Notes: generated by a model not told the origin, from the letters alone. Positions 22,232 to 32,018 are shown, numbered from the stretch's first letter. The stretch is 64,000 bases of DNA from Bacilli bacterium (GCA_017428495.1 JAFRQS010000011.1:140215-204214), one strand, 5' to 3'. Numbers and translations: made by a program.

Positions 22232-23395
22232 CTATTTTTTATACATTATATTCATATCTACAAACCCATTTATACCATCTACTATTCCATTACTACATTG
22301 TTGCCATATTACATACTCACCTTTATAATCAGACTTACCATCTATATAATGTGCAAGCCAAACAGGATAAGAACTTCTCCATATTTTTTCTAAATAAAAC
22401 TTACTACCATATAACATTGCTTTATAACCATTTTCTTCAATTGTATCCATAAAAACATTAGCTATTTCATTAATATCATGAAAACTAATCTTATATTCAT
22501 TCCAATACTTCCAATTTTCCCAATCAAAAGTAACACCAAGTTCCAATTCTTCACCATTTAATTTATCAATTACCCATAAAGCCTGTTTTTTTGCATCATC
22601 TATATTATCAGTAATAGAATATAAATAAACGCCTACTTTTAATCCTGCTTCTTTAGCTTTCTTAATATTATCTAAATATTTTCCATCTAATTTCGGTTCA
22701 TCATCATTAGTTTGTACACCAATTCTAATAATAACAAAAGCAACACCTGAATCCTTTACTTTAACAAAATCTATGTTACCCTGCCATTCAGATACATCAA
22801 TACCAATTTCATTATTATCATCTTTATACAATTCGAACATCTCAGATATAGGAGTAGTTAAATTATTATGATATGTACTACTATTAATTTTATCTACAAC
22901 ATTCAAAGTAACATTTACACTAGTAGTATTATTACTACTATCCGATATATTATAAATCAAATTATATGTACCTATTTTATTAATATCATATTTTCCATCT
23001 ATTACACATTTTAAATCTCCAGTATAATTATCACCATATGTAATTAAATTACACAAATCTTTATCATAACCTTTTAAAACAGTCCTATTTGTACCACTAA
23101 ATACAAGTGGATATTCTGTATCAACCACATTTATAATAAATTTATACAAAAAATTCTTTTTATCACTTTTAAATATAATTTCATATTCACTACTTTCAAC
23201 TAAATCTGTATCAATTTTATAATTATCACTTATTATTTCAATATCATCTATATTACTTAATAAATCATATAAATATACATCACTATATACTTCAACAGTA
23301 TTATTAATATTAAAAGAAATACTATCTATTTCATTAACCTTCTCTTTACAACCAGATAGCAAAAAAATACTAAGTAAAAATACTATTATCTTCAT
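22232..23395 (-). CDS. GH25-family muramidase (lysozyme) lipoprotein
   Basis: Lipobox LLSGC; C-terminal GIDVSEWQGNIDF...VIIRIG...GVYLY... TIM-barrel GH25 signature; N-terminal Ig-like region. Confidence 0.8.
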   Translation of the reverse strand: MKIIVFLLSIFLLSGCKEKVNEIDSISFNINNTVEVYSDVYLYDLLSNIDDIEIISDNYKIDTDLVESSEYEIIFKSDKKNFLYKFIINVVDTEYPLVFSGTNRTVLKGYDKDLCNLITYGDNYTGDLKCVIDGKYDINKIGTYNLIYNISDSSNNTTSVNVTLNVVDKINSSTYHNNLTTPISEMFELYKDDNNEIGIDVSEWQGNIDFVKVKDSGVAFVIIRIGVQTNDDEPKLDGKYLDNIKKAKEAGLKVGVYLYSITDNIDDAKKQALWVIDKLNGEELELGVTFDWENWKYWNEYKISFHDINEIANVFMDTIEENGYKAMLYGSKFYLEKIWRSSYPVWLAHYIDGKSDYKGEYVIWQQCSNGIVDGINGFVDMNIMYKK

Positions 23396-23466
23396 AATAT
23401 CACCATTTAAATTATAATTTATAAATAAAACAATAGCAATATATAATTACTATTGTTTATTATCTA

Positions 23467-24780
23467 TTATTCTGCAAACACATATGGATCTTCAGTTGTT
23501 CCAGATCCTTTCATTTGAACTCCAGAGATTAGATATACTGAAGGCCTTACGCCTGGAGTGCCTTTCGCATGTGTGTGAGTACTACGACTTGTGGTCGCAT
23601 ACCACACGCTAAAAGCCATAGAAGATGGAAGCGCTGGGGAAATTGTCCATCCATAATTACTCATCCAGTTACTACCACAAAAACCAGTGACATTTAATAT
23701 ATTTGTTGCACACTTACTACTCCCAGATGCATATCCAAAATCACTTGGATATATTAATCCCACTTTGCCTATCCATTCAAATGTTCTTACTACCTCATCA
23801 TCACAATATGTTCCCGATGTGCACTCCTTCCCTTGTGTCCCCCTTTCATCTGCATATGCTCTTGCTAAGGTTACTATGCTAGTCACTGTTACTTCACTTG
23901 TATACCATGTTGCATCCCCTATTAACTCTTTAGAACTTAATTTTAGTACGTAATCTTTGTTGAAATTTCCGTCTCCTATTGCATTGTTTTCACCATTATA
24001 CCAATTTGCATTTGTAGATAATGTTGAGTTTAAATAATCACTATTTAATTCTTTCATTATATCTGCGCCTTCATATGTTCCAGATGGCCCCCATTGATTT
24101 ATTCCATATCCGCTATTTGCATTGCTTGTATCCCATGAAAAGCTTCCTATCGAATCTTTTCTTACCAATTTTACTCTTCCATCAAATAATCCTACTATTC
24201 TCCATACTTCACATGTACTACTTGTTGGATTACTATTGTCCGCACAATTAAAATATGCATAATTATTTGGATTACTTCCTTGATATCTATACTCTACTGC
24301 TGTATATTTCTCATTTTGTGTTTTATCATGTTCTACTTTTATTAGTCCTTCACTATTTGTTCCATTATTATATTTACTTATCAATAACTCTGCTGCATCT
24401 GTATATCCACTTATACAATTTATATTATCTTTAGTTCCTCTACATGTTATTCCATTAAATTTACCACCACTTGCGCCTTTTAACTTTACAGTTGCTATAC
24501 CATCACTATCATATGTAATACTACAACTAGAATAATCATCATTTAACTTTGCTACATCAGTGCATGGTATACTTGTTGCATTATAATTTGAATTTATTGT
24601 TTGTTGTGCCAAATAATCTTTTTCTGCATTTGTTGCTATTAATTTTGCACTATCTCCCATAGTTTTTAATTTTGTTTCTTTTATTGTATTCATTATTTGA
24701 GGTACTGCTATTATTAATATTACTGCTAATATTACTATTACTGCTAATAATTCTACTAATGTAAATCCTTTCTTTTCCAT
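23467..24780 (-). CDS. large (437 aa) type IV pilin-like protein
   Basis: Start trimmed to MEKKGFTLVELLAVIVILAVILIIAVPQI (RBS GGAGGAG). Class III prepilin signal G|FTLVE with hydrophobic alpha1, Cys-rich ~400-aa globular part. Paralogue of 25027 and 39116 genes. Confidence 0.8.
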   Translation of the reverse strand: MEKKGFTLVELLAVIVILAVILIIAVPQIMNTIKETKLKTMGDSAKLIATNAEKDYLAQQTINSNYNATSIPCTDVAKLNDDYSSCSITYDSDGIATVKLKGASGGKFNGITCRGTKDNINCISGYTDAAELLISKYNNGTNSEGLIKVEHDKTQNEKYTAVEYRYQGSNPNNYAYFNCADNSNPTSSTCEVWRIVGLFDGRVKLVRKDSIGSFSWDTSNANSGYGINQWGPSGTYEGADIMKELNSDYLNSTLSTNANWYNGENNAIGDGNFNKDYVLKLSSKELIGDATWYTSEVTVTSIVTLARAYADERGTQGKECTSGTYCDDEVVRTFEWIGKVGLIYPSDFGYASGSSKCATNILNVTGFCGSNWMSNYGWTISPALPSSMAFSVWYATTSRSTHTHAKGTPGVRPSVYLISGVQMKGSGTTEDPYVFAE

Positions 24781-24818
24781 AATACACTCCTCCATATTCT
24801 ACAATTTTATTATATCAC

Positions 24819-24918
24819 AAAAAAATACTAAGTAAAAATATTATTATCTTCATAATATCACCAATTAAATTATAATTTATAAACAAAACAATAGCAATAA
24901 CTTAATTACTATTGTTTA
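24819..24918. repeat. ~100-bp direct repeat (copy B) of the GH25 promoter/5' end (copy A at 23361-23458)
   Basis: ~90% identical strings seen directly. Copy B retains a remnant ORF MKIIIFLLSIFL-stop of the lipoprotein signal peptide. The two copies flank the pilin gene 23467-24780. Confidence 0.75.
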
Positions 24919-24962
24919 ATTTATTACTTTATAAGTACTATAGTAAAATTTTATTATACAAA

Positions 24963-24992
24963 TAAAAAAATAGAGTTTAATACTCTATTTTG
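24963..24992. terminator. terminator downstream of pilin 25027
   Basis: AAAATAGAGT-TTAAT-ACTCTATTTT hairpin. Confidence 0.6.
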
Positions 24993-25026
24993 ACCATTCA
25001 AATTAATTGATTAGCATTACTTATAT

Positions 25027-26121
25027 TTATTTAACAGCATTACCCCCTGGATCAGGTGCAAATGGATTAGGCGCATATTGTAGTTTCTCGCCTACCCAAC
25101 CACGCGAATCAATCATATATCCTTCACCATCATATGTACACATAACAGTTCCTAATTCATCTAGAATACAGGAATATAAACCATCTGACGCTCCAATACT
25201 TTTAACTGGTGCAGGTGCACTTACTGCATATACATTTTCTATTCCTAATACTTTATTAAGAAATGAATCTTTTAATGCTAATGAACCAACATCATTTCCT
25301 GTACACTTATCTTTTCCAAATACATCTGCTAAGTGTTGTTTTTCATATTCATAATTATCATATTCAAAGCAATTAATTTCATTACTAGTGTTTCCTTGAT
25401 ACTTTATACATACACTTTTTGGTGTTAAATCATCATATCTTGATTCTCCTTTTGGCAATTTTACAAATACATTACTATTTAAACTATTATAATCTGTTAT
25501 TTGCTCATATTCATAATTTACATTGGTTACTATTCCTTCATCAATTAATACAGTATCGCCATGTAATAAATCCTCTCTTAGACTAAAACCAGCAGGTGCT
25601 ACTTGGTCCGTACAATATGGTTCTCTATCTTCTTCCTTAAAATTTAATTCAGCCATTTCCATACACTTATCATAATTAATATTATATGTTAAATTTGTAA
25701 TTTGTGGAATTCCTAATGCATATATTGATTCAGAATCAGTAAGACCTTGTCTACAATCCATATTATCGATTGTACCAATACATGTCATTCCTTTAAATTT
25801 TCCAGTTGCTGTTCCTTTTAAATTAATATATGCTTCTCCTTCTGGTGATACTTCTACACGACATCTTGAGTACTCATCTTTTGAAATCTTAACTATTTCA
25901 TCACAATCCATGACTTCAAAAGATAAATCTGTTTTACCCATATTTTTTGCTATATACTCTTTTTCTGCTCTTTTTAATATTAATTTAGCACTACCTTCCA
26001 TTGTTTTTAATCTTGATGTTTTTATTGTATTCATTATTTGTGGCATTGCTATTATTAATATTACTGCTAATATTACTATTACTGCTAATAATTCTACTAA
26101 TGTAAATCCTTTCTTTTCCAT
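25027..26121 (-). CDS. large (364 aa) type IV pilin-like protein
   Basis: Same prepilin N-terminus MEKKGFTLVELLAVIVILAVILIIAMPQI and ~45 bp of identical 5'UTR as 23467 gene; divergent Cys-rich C-terminal region. Confidence 0.8.
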   Translation of the reverse strand: MEKKGFTLVELLAVIVILAVILIIAMPQIMNTIKTSRLKTMEGSAKLILKRAEKEYIAKNMGKTDLSFEVMDCDEIVKISKDEYSRCRVEVSPEGEAYINLKGTATGKFKGMTCIGTIDNMDCRQGLTDSESIYALGIPQITNLTYNINYDKCMEMAELNFKEEDREPYCTDQVAPAGFSLREDLLHGDTVLIDEGIVTNVNYEYEQITDYNSLNSNVFVKLPKGESRYDDLTPKSVCIKYQGNTSNEINCFEYDNYEYEKQHLADVFGKDKCTGNDVGSLALKDSFLNKVLGIENVYAVSAPAPVKSIGASDGLYSCILDELGTVMCTYDGEGYMIDSRGWVGEKLQYAPNPFAPDPGGNAVK

Positions 26122-26189
26122 AATACACTCCTCCATATTCTATAATTTTATTATATCACACAAAAAAATAATTGCATTTTAAAATAATA

Positions 26190-26226
26190 AAAAATACAAA
26201 TCTAGACAATTAAATTTGTATTTTTA
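26190..26226. terminator. terminator downstream of rplT
   Basis: AATACAAAT-N12-ATTTGTATT hairpin followed by T-run on minus strand. Confidence 0.6.
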
Positions 26227-26248
26227 CTTTTATTTAATTAATAAAATA

Positions 26249-26803
26249 TTATTTTTCTTCTTTTTTTGTAGTTTTCTTTGTTGTAGATTTTTTTGTTGTT
26301 GTAGTTTTCTTTGCTGCTTCTTTTTTAACAGGCTCTTTTTCTTCTTTTTTAGTTGCTGTTTTCTTTGCAGCTGGTTTCTTTTCTTCTACTTTTTCTACTT
26401 TTGTAGTTTTCTTTTCTAAAGCAACTTTAGCTGGTTTATATTCTTTACCAGTTAAAGCATCTTTTGCTATATCAACTAAATCTGTAAATGCTTTTGGATT
26501 ATCTATAGCAAGTTCTGCTAACATCTTTCTATTTATTGTTAATCCTGCTTTATTAAGTCCATTTATGAATTTAGAATAGCTAATTTCATTTTCTCTACAA
26601 GCAGCATTAATTCTTGTAATCCATAATTTTCTAAAGTCTCTCTTCTTTTGTCTTCTATCTCTATAAGCATAAACACCAGAATGTAAAAGTTGTTCTTTTG
26701 CAGTTTTATAAAGTCTATGTTTACTTCCAAAGTAACCTTTAGCTTCTTTTAAAATTTTCTTTCTTCTAGCTCTTGCTACTGTTCCACCTTTAACTCTTGC
26801 CAT
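26249..26803 (-). CDS. rplT: 50S ribosomal protein L20 with ~65-aa lysine-rich C-terminal extension
   Basis: [19 protein letters not shown]...[24 protein letters not shown] is canonical L20 (~118 aa); then [30 protein letters not shown]... tail. Confidence 0.9.
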   Translation of the reverse strand: MARVKGGTVARARRKKILKEAKGYFGSKHRLYKTAKEQLLHSGVYAYRDRRQKKRDFRKLWITRINAACRENEISYSKFINGLNKAGLTINRKMLAELAIDNPKAFTDLVDIAKDALTGKEYKPAKVALEKKTTKVEKVEEKKPAAKKTATKKEEKEPVKKEAAKKTTTTKKSTTKKTTKKEEK

Positions 26804-26814
26804 GACAAACCTCC

Positions 26815-27009
26815 TTAGTTATATTTTACAGTTTTTAATCTCTTTGCATCAGAATGACTTAAAACTGATCCTTTTCTGTTTTTTCTATTTACATTTGCAT
26901 TTTTCTTACCAGTATTGTGTCTACTTCCTGGTCTTCCAATTGATATAGTTCCACCTTTACGAACCTTTAATACTTTCTTTGTACCTTTATGTGTCTTTAA
27001 TTTTGGCAT
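26815..27009 (-). CDS. rpmI: 50S ribosomal protein L35
   Basis: 64 aa [20 protein letters not shown]... Confidence 0.9.
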   Translation of the reverse strand: MPKLKTHKGTKKVLKVRKGGTISIGRPGSRHNTGKKNANVNRKNRKGSVLSHSDAKRLKTVKYN

Positions 27010-27021
27010 AATATTTCCTCC

Positions 27022-27543
27022 TTATTTTTTTGGTGCTAAAACCATAAACATAGATTTAAATTCAAATTTAGGACTACTTTCTACTTCACTTACATCACTA
27101 AGTCCATCTGCAAATCTATTTAATACTTCTTCACCAAGTTCAGTATGTGCAAGTTGTCTTCCTTTAAATCTTATTGACGCTTTTACTTTATTTCCTTTTA
27201 ATAAATGCTTTTTTGCATTATTCATCTTAGTTTCAAAATCATGTTTATCGATTGTTACAGATAATCTAAACTCTTTAACTTCAAAACTAGTTTCTCTTTG
27301 CTTTTTATCATTTTCTTTTTGCTTTTTCTTTTTCTCATACTTATATTTTTTATAGTCCATTAGTTTTGCAACTGGTGGATTTCCATTTTCATTAATAAGT
27401 ACTAGATCAAATCCAGCATAATCTGCTAATGTTAAAGCATCACTCTTTGATTTTACTCCTAATTGTTCTCCTTTTGGACCAATTACAAGCATTTGATTAC
27501 ATCTTATCTCACCATTTATAGGTAAGTCTCTTTCCATTGCTAT
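27022..27543 (-). CDS. infC: translation initiation factor IF-3 (non-AUG ATA start inferred)
   Basis: ...IAMERDLPINGEIRCNQMLVIGPKGEQLGV... IF-3 N and C domains. RBS GGAGGTG sits 6 nt before an ATA codon (comp. 27541-27543), the usual rare-start arrangement for infC. The ORF-track N-terminal extension lies upstream of the RBS and is rejected. Confidence 0.85.
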   Translation of the reverse strand: MAMERDLPINGEIRCNQMLVIGPKGEQLGVKSKSDALTLADYAGFDLVLINENGNPPVAKLMDYKKYKYEKKKKQKENDKKQRETSFEVKEFRLSVTIDKHDFETKMNNAKKHLLKGNKVKASIRFKGRQLAHTELGEEVLNRFADGLSDVSEVESSPKFEFKSMFMVLAPKK

Positions 27544-27559
27544 AGTAAGCACCTCCATT

Positions 27560-27713
27560 AAAAAAGCAGATACAATGTATCCACTATTAAAACTCATAAA
27601 CATATTATATTATGGCTTTATACCTAGAACTATTCGCTCTCAGGTGGATGTGGACACATCTCTTTCCTTTTTCTTACGCATTAAATTATATTATAAATAT
27701 ATGTTATTGTCAA
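27560..27713 (-). promoter_or_regulatory. sigma-A promoter plus L20-leader-like 5'UTR of infC-rpmI-rplT
   Basis: Minus strand TTGACA (comp. 27708-27713), 17 nt, TATAAT (comp. 27685-27690). ~120-nt structured leader (GUGUCCACAUCCACCUGAGAGCG...) lies where Firmicutes carry the L20-binding autoregulatory leader. Confidence 0.55.
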
Positions 27714-28511
27714 CTATTTTTTCTCTTTTTTCTTTTCTTTATCAGGTTGTTTTATTAATCTAGTTAATTTTATCATATTTTCTTCCATTATTTCTACGGC
27801 CTCATATAAATCCGATTCATAGTAATCATCATATTCATAACCTGAATCACTATACATTTTATAAGATACTCCACCTTGAATGACATCTTGCGATATACAC
27901 AATCCTGTAGTATTATCTACCCAAAATCTTACAGGTTCAATTTCAAATGTTGCAACATCACCACAATTAAATATCTCATCACCTATTCTAGTACACAAAC
28001 TATATATTGGATATTCAATAAAATAAATATTGGAATTAGGATTTACATATACAGGAAATTCTCTAAATTCAGACTTACTTAGCGCTTTATCTGATATTGG
28101 TAATTTTATTTTTACACCTGTATCTTCTTTAATAATTTGTTTTTTAATTAAGCTTTTAGGATAATATCCATATTCCATAATAGATAAATCTCTATTTACT
28201 ATTTGACCATCTAATATTAATTTTGTATCAAGATCAGGTGTACTAATAGCTGGTCTTACTCCAATTAAATATTTATCAGCTTTTGATGAATATCTATATA
28301 TTCCATCTTCTGTTACTCTAATGATTTGGGAATATGATATTTCATTAGTATCATTTACAAAATAACTTGAACATATCATATGATCTTTATTTGCAAAACT
28401 TATAAGTCCTGTTGCAAGTGAAAATTGAGTTGGGCATGCTATTTTACCGATATAATGACTAAATAGTTTCATATCCTCTAATTCTCTTTTTTCTAATACA
28501 ATAAGTGACAT
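27714..28511 (-). CDS. hypothetical protein
   Basis: 265-aa clean ORF, acidic/aromatic C-terminus (DDYYESDLYEAVEIME) and KEKKKEKK tail; no family recognised. Confidence 0.55.
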   Translation of the reverse strand: MSLIVLEKRELEDMKLFSHYIGKIACPTQFSLATGLISFANKDHMICSSYFVNDTNEISYSQIIRVTEDGIYRYSSKADKYLIGVRPAISTPDLDTKLILDGQIVNRDLSIMEYGYYPKSLIKKQIIKEDTGVKIKLPISDKALSKSEFREFPVYVNPNSNIYFIEYPIYSLCTRIGDEIFNCGDVATFEIEPVRFWVDNTTGLCISQDVIQGGVSYKMYSDSGYEYDDYYESDLYEAVEIMEENMIKLTRLIKQPDKEKKKEKK

Positions 28512-28588
28512 AACATCCCCTCACTTTAGAGGTTATTATACTTATATTTGAAATTATGTCAAATAATAAAATAGTAATTTATATATTA

Positions 28589-28640
28589 AAAAATAGAACA
28601 TATGAGTTTAAAAACTTATTTTTTTGTTCTATTTTTTTGT
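28589..28640. terminator. terminator downstream of glyQS
   Basis: AAAAATAGAACA...TGTTCTATTTTTT long-loop hairpin with T-run. Confidence 0.6.
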
Positions 28641-28650
28641 ATTATCAGTT

Positions 28651-30012
28651 TTAAAATTTAATTCTTTCACTTATATATGATACTATATCATCTACTTTTA
28701 TTACTACTTGTTCCATGGTATCTCTATCACGTATTGTTACTATATTATTGTTTAATGTTTCATCATCTATTGTTATACAGAAAGGTGTTCCAATAGCATC
28801 ACTTCTTCTATATCTTTTTCCAATACTTGATGAATCATCATAACTTGTCATAAAATTTTTAGATAACATAGTATATATTTCTTTTGCTTTTTCACTATGT
28901 ACTTTTTTTACTAAAGGAAGCACTGTTAACTTATATGGTGCAAGATAAGGATGTAATTTTAATACTTCTCTTTCTGTACCATCTTCTAATGTTTCTTTAT
29001 TATATGCTTCAAAAAGAAATGCAAGTACACTTCTATCAAGTCCATATGTTGATTCAATAATATATGGAATATATTTTTCATTTGTTTCTGGATCTAAATA
29101 CTCTTGTCTAATACCACTATACTCTGTATGACGTGTCAAATCATAGTTAGTTCTATTATGGGTACCATTAATTTCTCCCCATCCAAATGGAAAGTTATAT
29201 TCTATATCACATGCTTCCTTAGCATAATGAGCTAATTTTTCATGATCATGGAATCTTAAATTAGATTCTTTTATACCTAAATCCATGTAGAACTTTTTAC
29301 CATATTCTTTAAAATAATTATATAAATCAGAATCAGTACCTTCTTTGCAGAATGTCTGAAACTCCATTTGTTCAAATTCAATTGTTCTAAAAGTAAAATT
29401 ACCAGGTGTAATCTCATTTCTAAATGCTTTACCTATTTGACCAATTGAAAATGGTAATTTACATCTCATACTTCTTAGTACATTTAAATAATTAACATAT
29501 TCACCTTGAGCATTTTCTGGTCTTAAATAAATAATACTTTTTGAATCATTAGTAACTCCTCTATATGTTTGAAACATAAGATTAAATTGTCTTATATCAG
29601 TAAAATCACTCTTACCACATTTTGGACATGGTACCTTATTAGTACGTATATATTCCATTAGCTCATCCTGACTCATTCCATCAGCATGACTATTTGGATC
29701 ATAATCTTCTACTAAGTTATCTGCTCTATGTCTTGTCTTACAATGCTTACAATCTATTAAAGGATCAGAAAAACTTTGTACATGGCCAGAAGCTTCCCAT
29801 ACCCTTGGATGCATCAATATATCTGCATCTACTTCATAGCTATTACTTCTTTCTTGAATAAATCTTTTTCTCCAAGCATCCTTAATATTATTTTTAAGTC
29901 TACTACCTAAAGGTCCATAATCCCATGTATTTGCAAGTCCTCCATATATTTCACTACCTTGAAATATAAATCCATATTGCTTACAAAAATTTACCATATC
30001 TTCCATTTTCAT
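28651..30012 (-). CDS. glyQS: glycyl-tRNA synthetase (dimeric alpha2 type)
   Basis: 453 aa; MKMEDMVNFCKQYGFIFQGSEIYGGLANTWDYGPLG... class II motifs and anticodon-binding C-terminus. Confidence 0.9.
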   Translation of the reverse strand: MKMEDMVNFCKQYGFIFQGSEIYGGLANTWDYGPLGSRLKNNIKDAWRKRFIQERSNSYEVDADILMHPRVWEASGHVQSFSDPLIDCKHCKTRHRADNLVEDYDPNSHADGMSQDELMEYIRTNKVPCPKCGKSDFTDIRQFNLMFQTYRGVTNDSKSIIYLRPENAQGEYVNYLNVLRSMRCKLPFSIGQIGKAFRNEITPGNFTFRTIEFEQMEFQTFCKEGTDSDLYNYFKEYGKKFYMDLGIKESNLRFHDHEKLAHYAKEACDIEYNFPFGWGEINGTHNRTNYDLTRHTEYSGIRQEYLDPETNEKYIPYIIESTYGLDRSVLAFLFEAYNKETLEDGTEREVLKLHPYLAPYKLTVLPLVKKVHSEKAKEIYTMLSKNFMTSYDDSSSIGKRYRRSDAIGTPFCITIDDETLNNNIVTIRDRDTMEQVVIKVDDIVSYISERIKF

Positions 30013-30764
30013 TTAAATTCCTCCATTCTATATTGTAATCTTTTGCACTTTGCTTTTTCTTCTTTCAAACTTTCTACTTTTTTGTCAGTATCATAAATAA
30101 ATGGCCACAATTCCTTGCCTACTACTAAATATACCTCTTTACCATCTTTTTTTATTTTATACACGCTAGAAAAACAATCTCTTGTACTTGCACAATATCT
30201 TATTTCTTCTATATCAGATAGCATTCTATTTAAAAATTGTTTATCATAATCACTTAAGTGATTATAAAAACCAAACGCAATGCACTTATTGTTACTTAAA
30301 GCAGTTGGAAGACCTTGCAGCATACGTTGAAATTCATCAATAATACCCACTGAATAATCTACTTTTTTATAACCAAATCCAATATTTTCTGCTACCCAAT
30401 AAAAATCAACGTCACTATTAGCATAAGCATCCATCCTATCAATATAAAACTTTTCTTTTATTTCTTTTATTAATTCTTTACTTAATGCATGTTTTCTAGA
30501 AATCCTTAATTCAATATCATCAATAGATTTGATTACCACTTCTTGTGGCCCTTCATATATCATTGCTATTTTATGACTTCTTAAAAAATATCTTATAATT
30601 TCTTCAATTTTAAATTGATCACTTTTGCCTTTTAAACTTTTAGTAAGAGGTTCACTTACTTTTATGGCATTTTTATAATAATTACCATGAATATTTATAT
30701 TATCCATAATAGATATTTTAGTATAATTATTTGAATTTAATACATTCGCTCCATTTATTCTCAT
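30009..30764 (-). CDS. hypothetical protein co-transcribed with glyQS
   Basis: ORF trimmed to MRINGANV (RBS GGAGGG 5 nt upstream); 4-nt overlap with glyQS start; no recognisable family. Confidence 0.55.
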   Translation of the reverse strand: MRINGANVLNSNNYTKISIMDNINIHGNYYKNAIKVSEPLTKSLKGKSDQFKIEEIIRYFLRSHKIAMIYEGPQEVVIKSIDDIELRISRKHALSKELIKEIKEKFYIDRMDAYANSDVDFYWVAENIGFGYKKVDYSVGIIDEFQRMLQGLPTALSNNKCIAFGFYNHLSDYDKQFLNRMLSDIEEIRYCASTRDCFSSVYKIKKDGKEVYLVVGKELWPFIYDTDKKVESLKEEKAKCKRLQYRMEEFK

Positions 30765-30780
30765 AAAACCCTCCATAAAA

Positions 30781-30905
30781 AACAAAAACTCCTAGATATA
30801 AGGGTCCATATGGACGGTTCCACCTTACTTATTCTAGAAGAATCACTCTTTAATATTGCTAGAAGTTGCCAACCTTCATCATCGCATTCATATAACATTT
30901 AAAGT
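30781..30905 (-). promoter_or_regulatory. T-box riboswitch leader (Gly-specific candidate)
   Basis: Minus-strand RNA GUAAGG-UGGAACC-GUCCAUAUGGAC-CCUUAU forms the textbook antiterminator (A1 AAGG:CCUU, 7-nt bulge UGGA pairing tRNA-Gly UCCA, A2 hairpin). A competing terminator CUAGAAUAAG.../CUUAUAUCUAG is followed by GAGUUUUUGUUUUUU. Confidence 0.65.
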
Positions 30906-30989
30906 ATATACCAAACTTGGATATAAGTCAATAATTTGACAAAAATGTAAAAATGTGTATAATATAGGCCATAAAAAGAAGGGGTTATT

Positions 30990-32018
30990 ATGGAAATATT
31001 TGATTTTATTGGGGAAAAAAGTAATGATATGTTATCTAAGATGAGTGAAAAAGATAAACATGAATTACTAGAATTATTAAAAATTTATAGAATTTCTTTA
31101 AGAGATAGATTAGCATTAGATCCTAATGTTACTTTTGGTCTTGAATTTGAATTTGGTACAGATAATCCAAGTAAGGTTGAAAGTGGTACAAAAACATTAA
31201 ATTATAAATGGCTAATGGAAAAAAGATTAAATGGTTCTTGGTATGATTTCAAAAAAGAAACTTCTTCTACTGATGGATATGAAATAAGTAGCCCAATTCT
31301 TATTGATAGTATTGAAACATGGAAACAAGTAAAAGAAATATGTTCTTTAATTGAAAGTAATAAATGTAGAATAGATGAAAGAGATGCTGGTCACATTCAC
31401 TTTGGTACTCAAATTATTGGAAATAATCCAGATGAATGGTTAACATTCTTTAGATTATATTGTTTATATGAAAACATTATATATAGATTTAGTTATGGAG
31501 AATTTGAAAAAGAAAGATCTTTTGTTAGCACATATGCAGCGCCTCTTGCAAAAGAATATACTCACCGATTAGATAAATTGGATGAAGGTATAATAACTCC
31601 AAGCATAAGGAAAATATTTACTACACTTGCTGTACCACATAAAAAATGTGCTATGCAGTTTTATAAAGTTAGTGAAGGTGGTACATCTTTCGAAAAGAAT
31701 AGAACATTTGAATTTAGGATGCCTAATGCTTCAACTAATCCAGTTATATGGCAGAACAATGTTAACTTCTTCGCCCACTTTGTAAGTAGCGTTAAAAGTG
31801 GTAAACTGGATATTGAATTGCTAAAAAGAAAAACAAAAGAGAAATTAGATGAATTGAGTAAATTATCAAGATATAATTTAATAAGTATAGATGAAGCATT
31901 AGAACTAGCCGATTTAATATTTGATAATAACTTAGATAAAATTAATTTTTTAAGACAATATATGAAAGAATTTGAAACTACTGATGAATTTAGAAAAAGT
32001 GAATCATTTACAAAATGA
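30990..32018 (+). CDS. putative amidoligase-family enzyme (glutamine-synthetase-like carboxylate-amine ligase fold)
   Basis: 342 aa; N-terminal GLEFEFG motif typical of the amidoligase_2/GCS2 families; -35 TTGACA / -10 TATAAT at ~30933-30963. Confidence 0.45.
   Translation: MEIFDFIGEKSNDMLSKMSEKDKHELLELLKIYRISLRDRLALDPNVTFGLEFEFGTDNPSKVESGTKTLNYKWLMEKRLNGSWYDFKKETSSTDGYEISSPILIDSIETWKQVKEICSLIESNKCRIDERDAGHIHFGTQIIGNNPDEWLTFFRLYCLYENIIYRFSYGEFEKERSFVSTYAAPLAKEYTHRLDKLDEGIITPSIRKIFTTLAVPHKKCAMQFYKVSEGGTSFEKNRTFEFRMPNASTNPVIWQNNVNFFAHFVSSVKSGKLDIELLKRKTKEKLDELSKLSRYNLISIDEALELADLIFDNNLDKINFLRQYMKEFETTDEFRKSESFTK

Noticed and set aside
24781-24795. N-terminal extensions in ORF-track calls (MEECIM… on pilins, MLIFTWTLKRGDI on hrcA, MLYCNWRYI on lex[10 protein letters not shown]… on DUF1653, MFMSFNSG… on infC)
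   Set aside because: In each case an internal Met, or ATA for infC, with a proper Shine-Dalgarno and homology-consistent N-terminus lies downstream. The extensions would run through operators, T-box or RBS sequences.
26216-26419. Cys/Phe-rich 67-aa peptide ORF
   Set aside because: It is the reverse-strand shadow of the lysine-rich (AAG/AAA) tail of rplT, so CTT/TTT codons give Phe/Leu/Cys artificially.
30009-30785. Possibility that the ORF upstream of glyQS is recO, as in B. subtilis recO-glyQS synteny
   Set aside because: No CxxC…CxxC zinc finger or recognisable RecO N-terminal OB-fold sequence. Kept as hypothetical.
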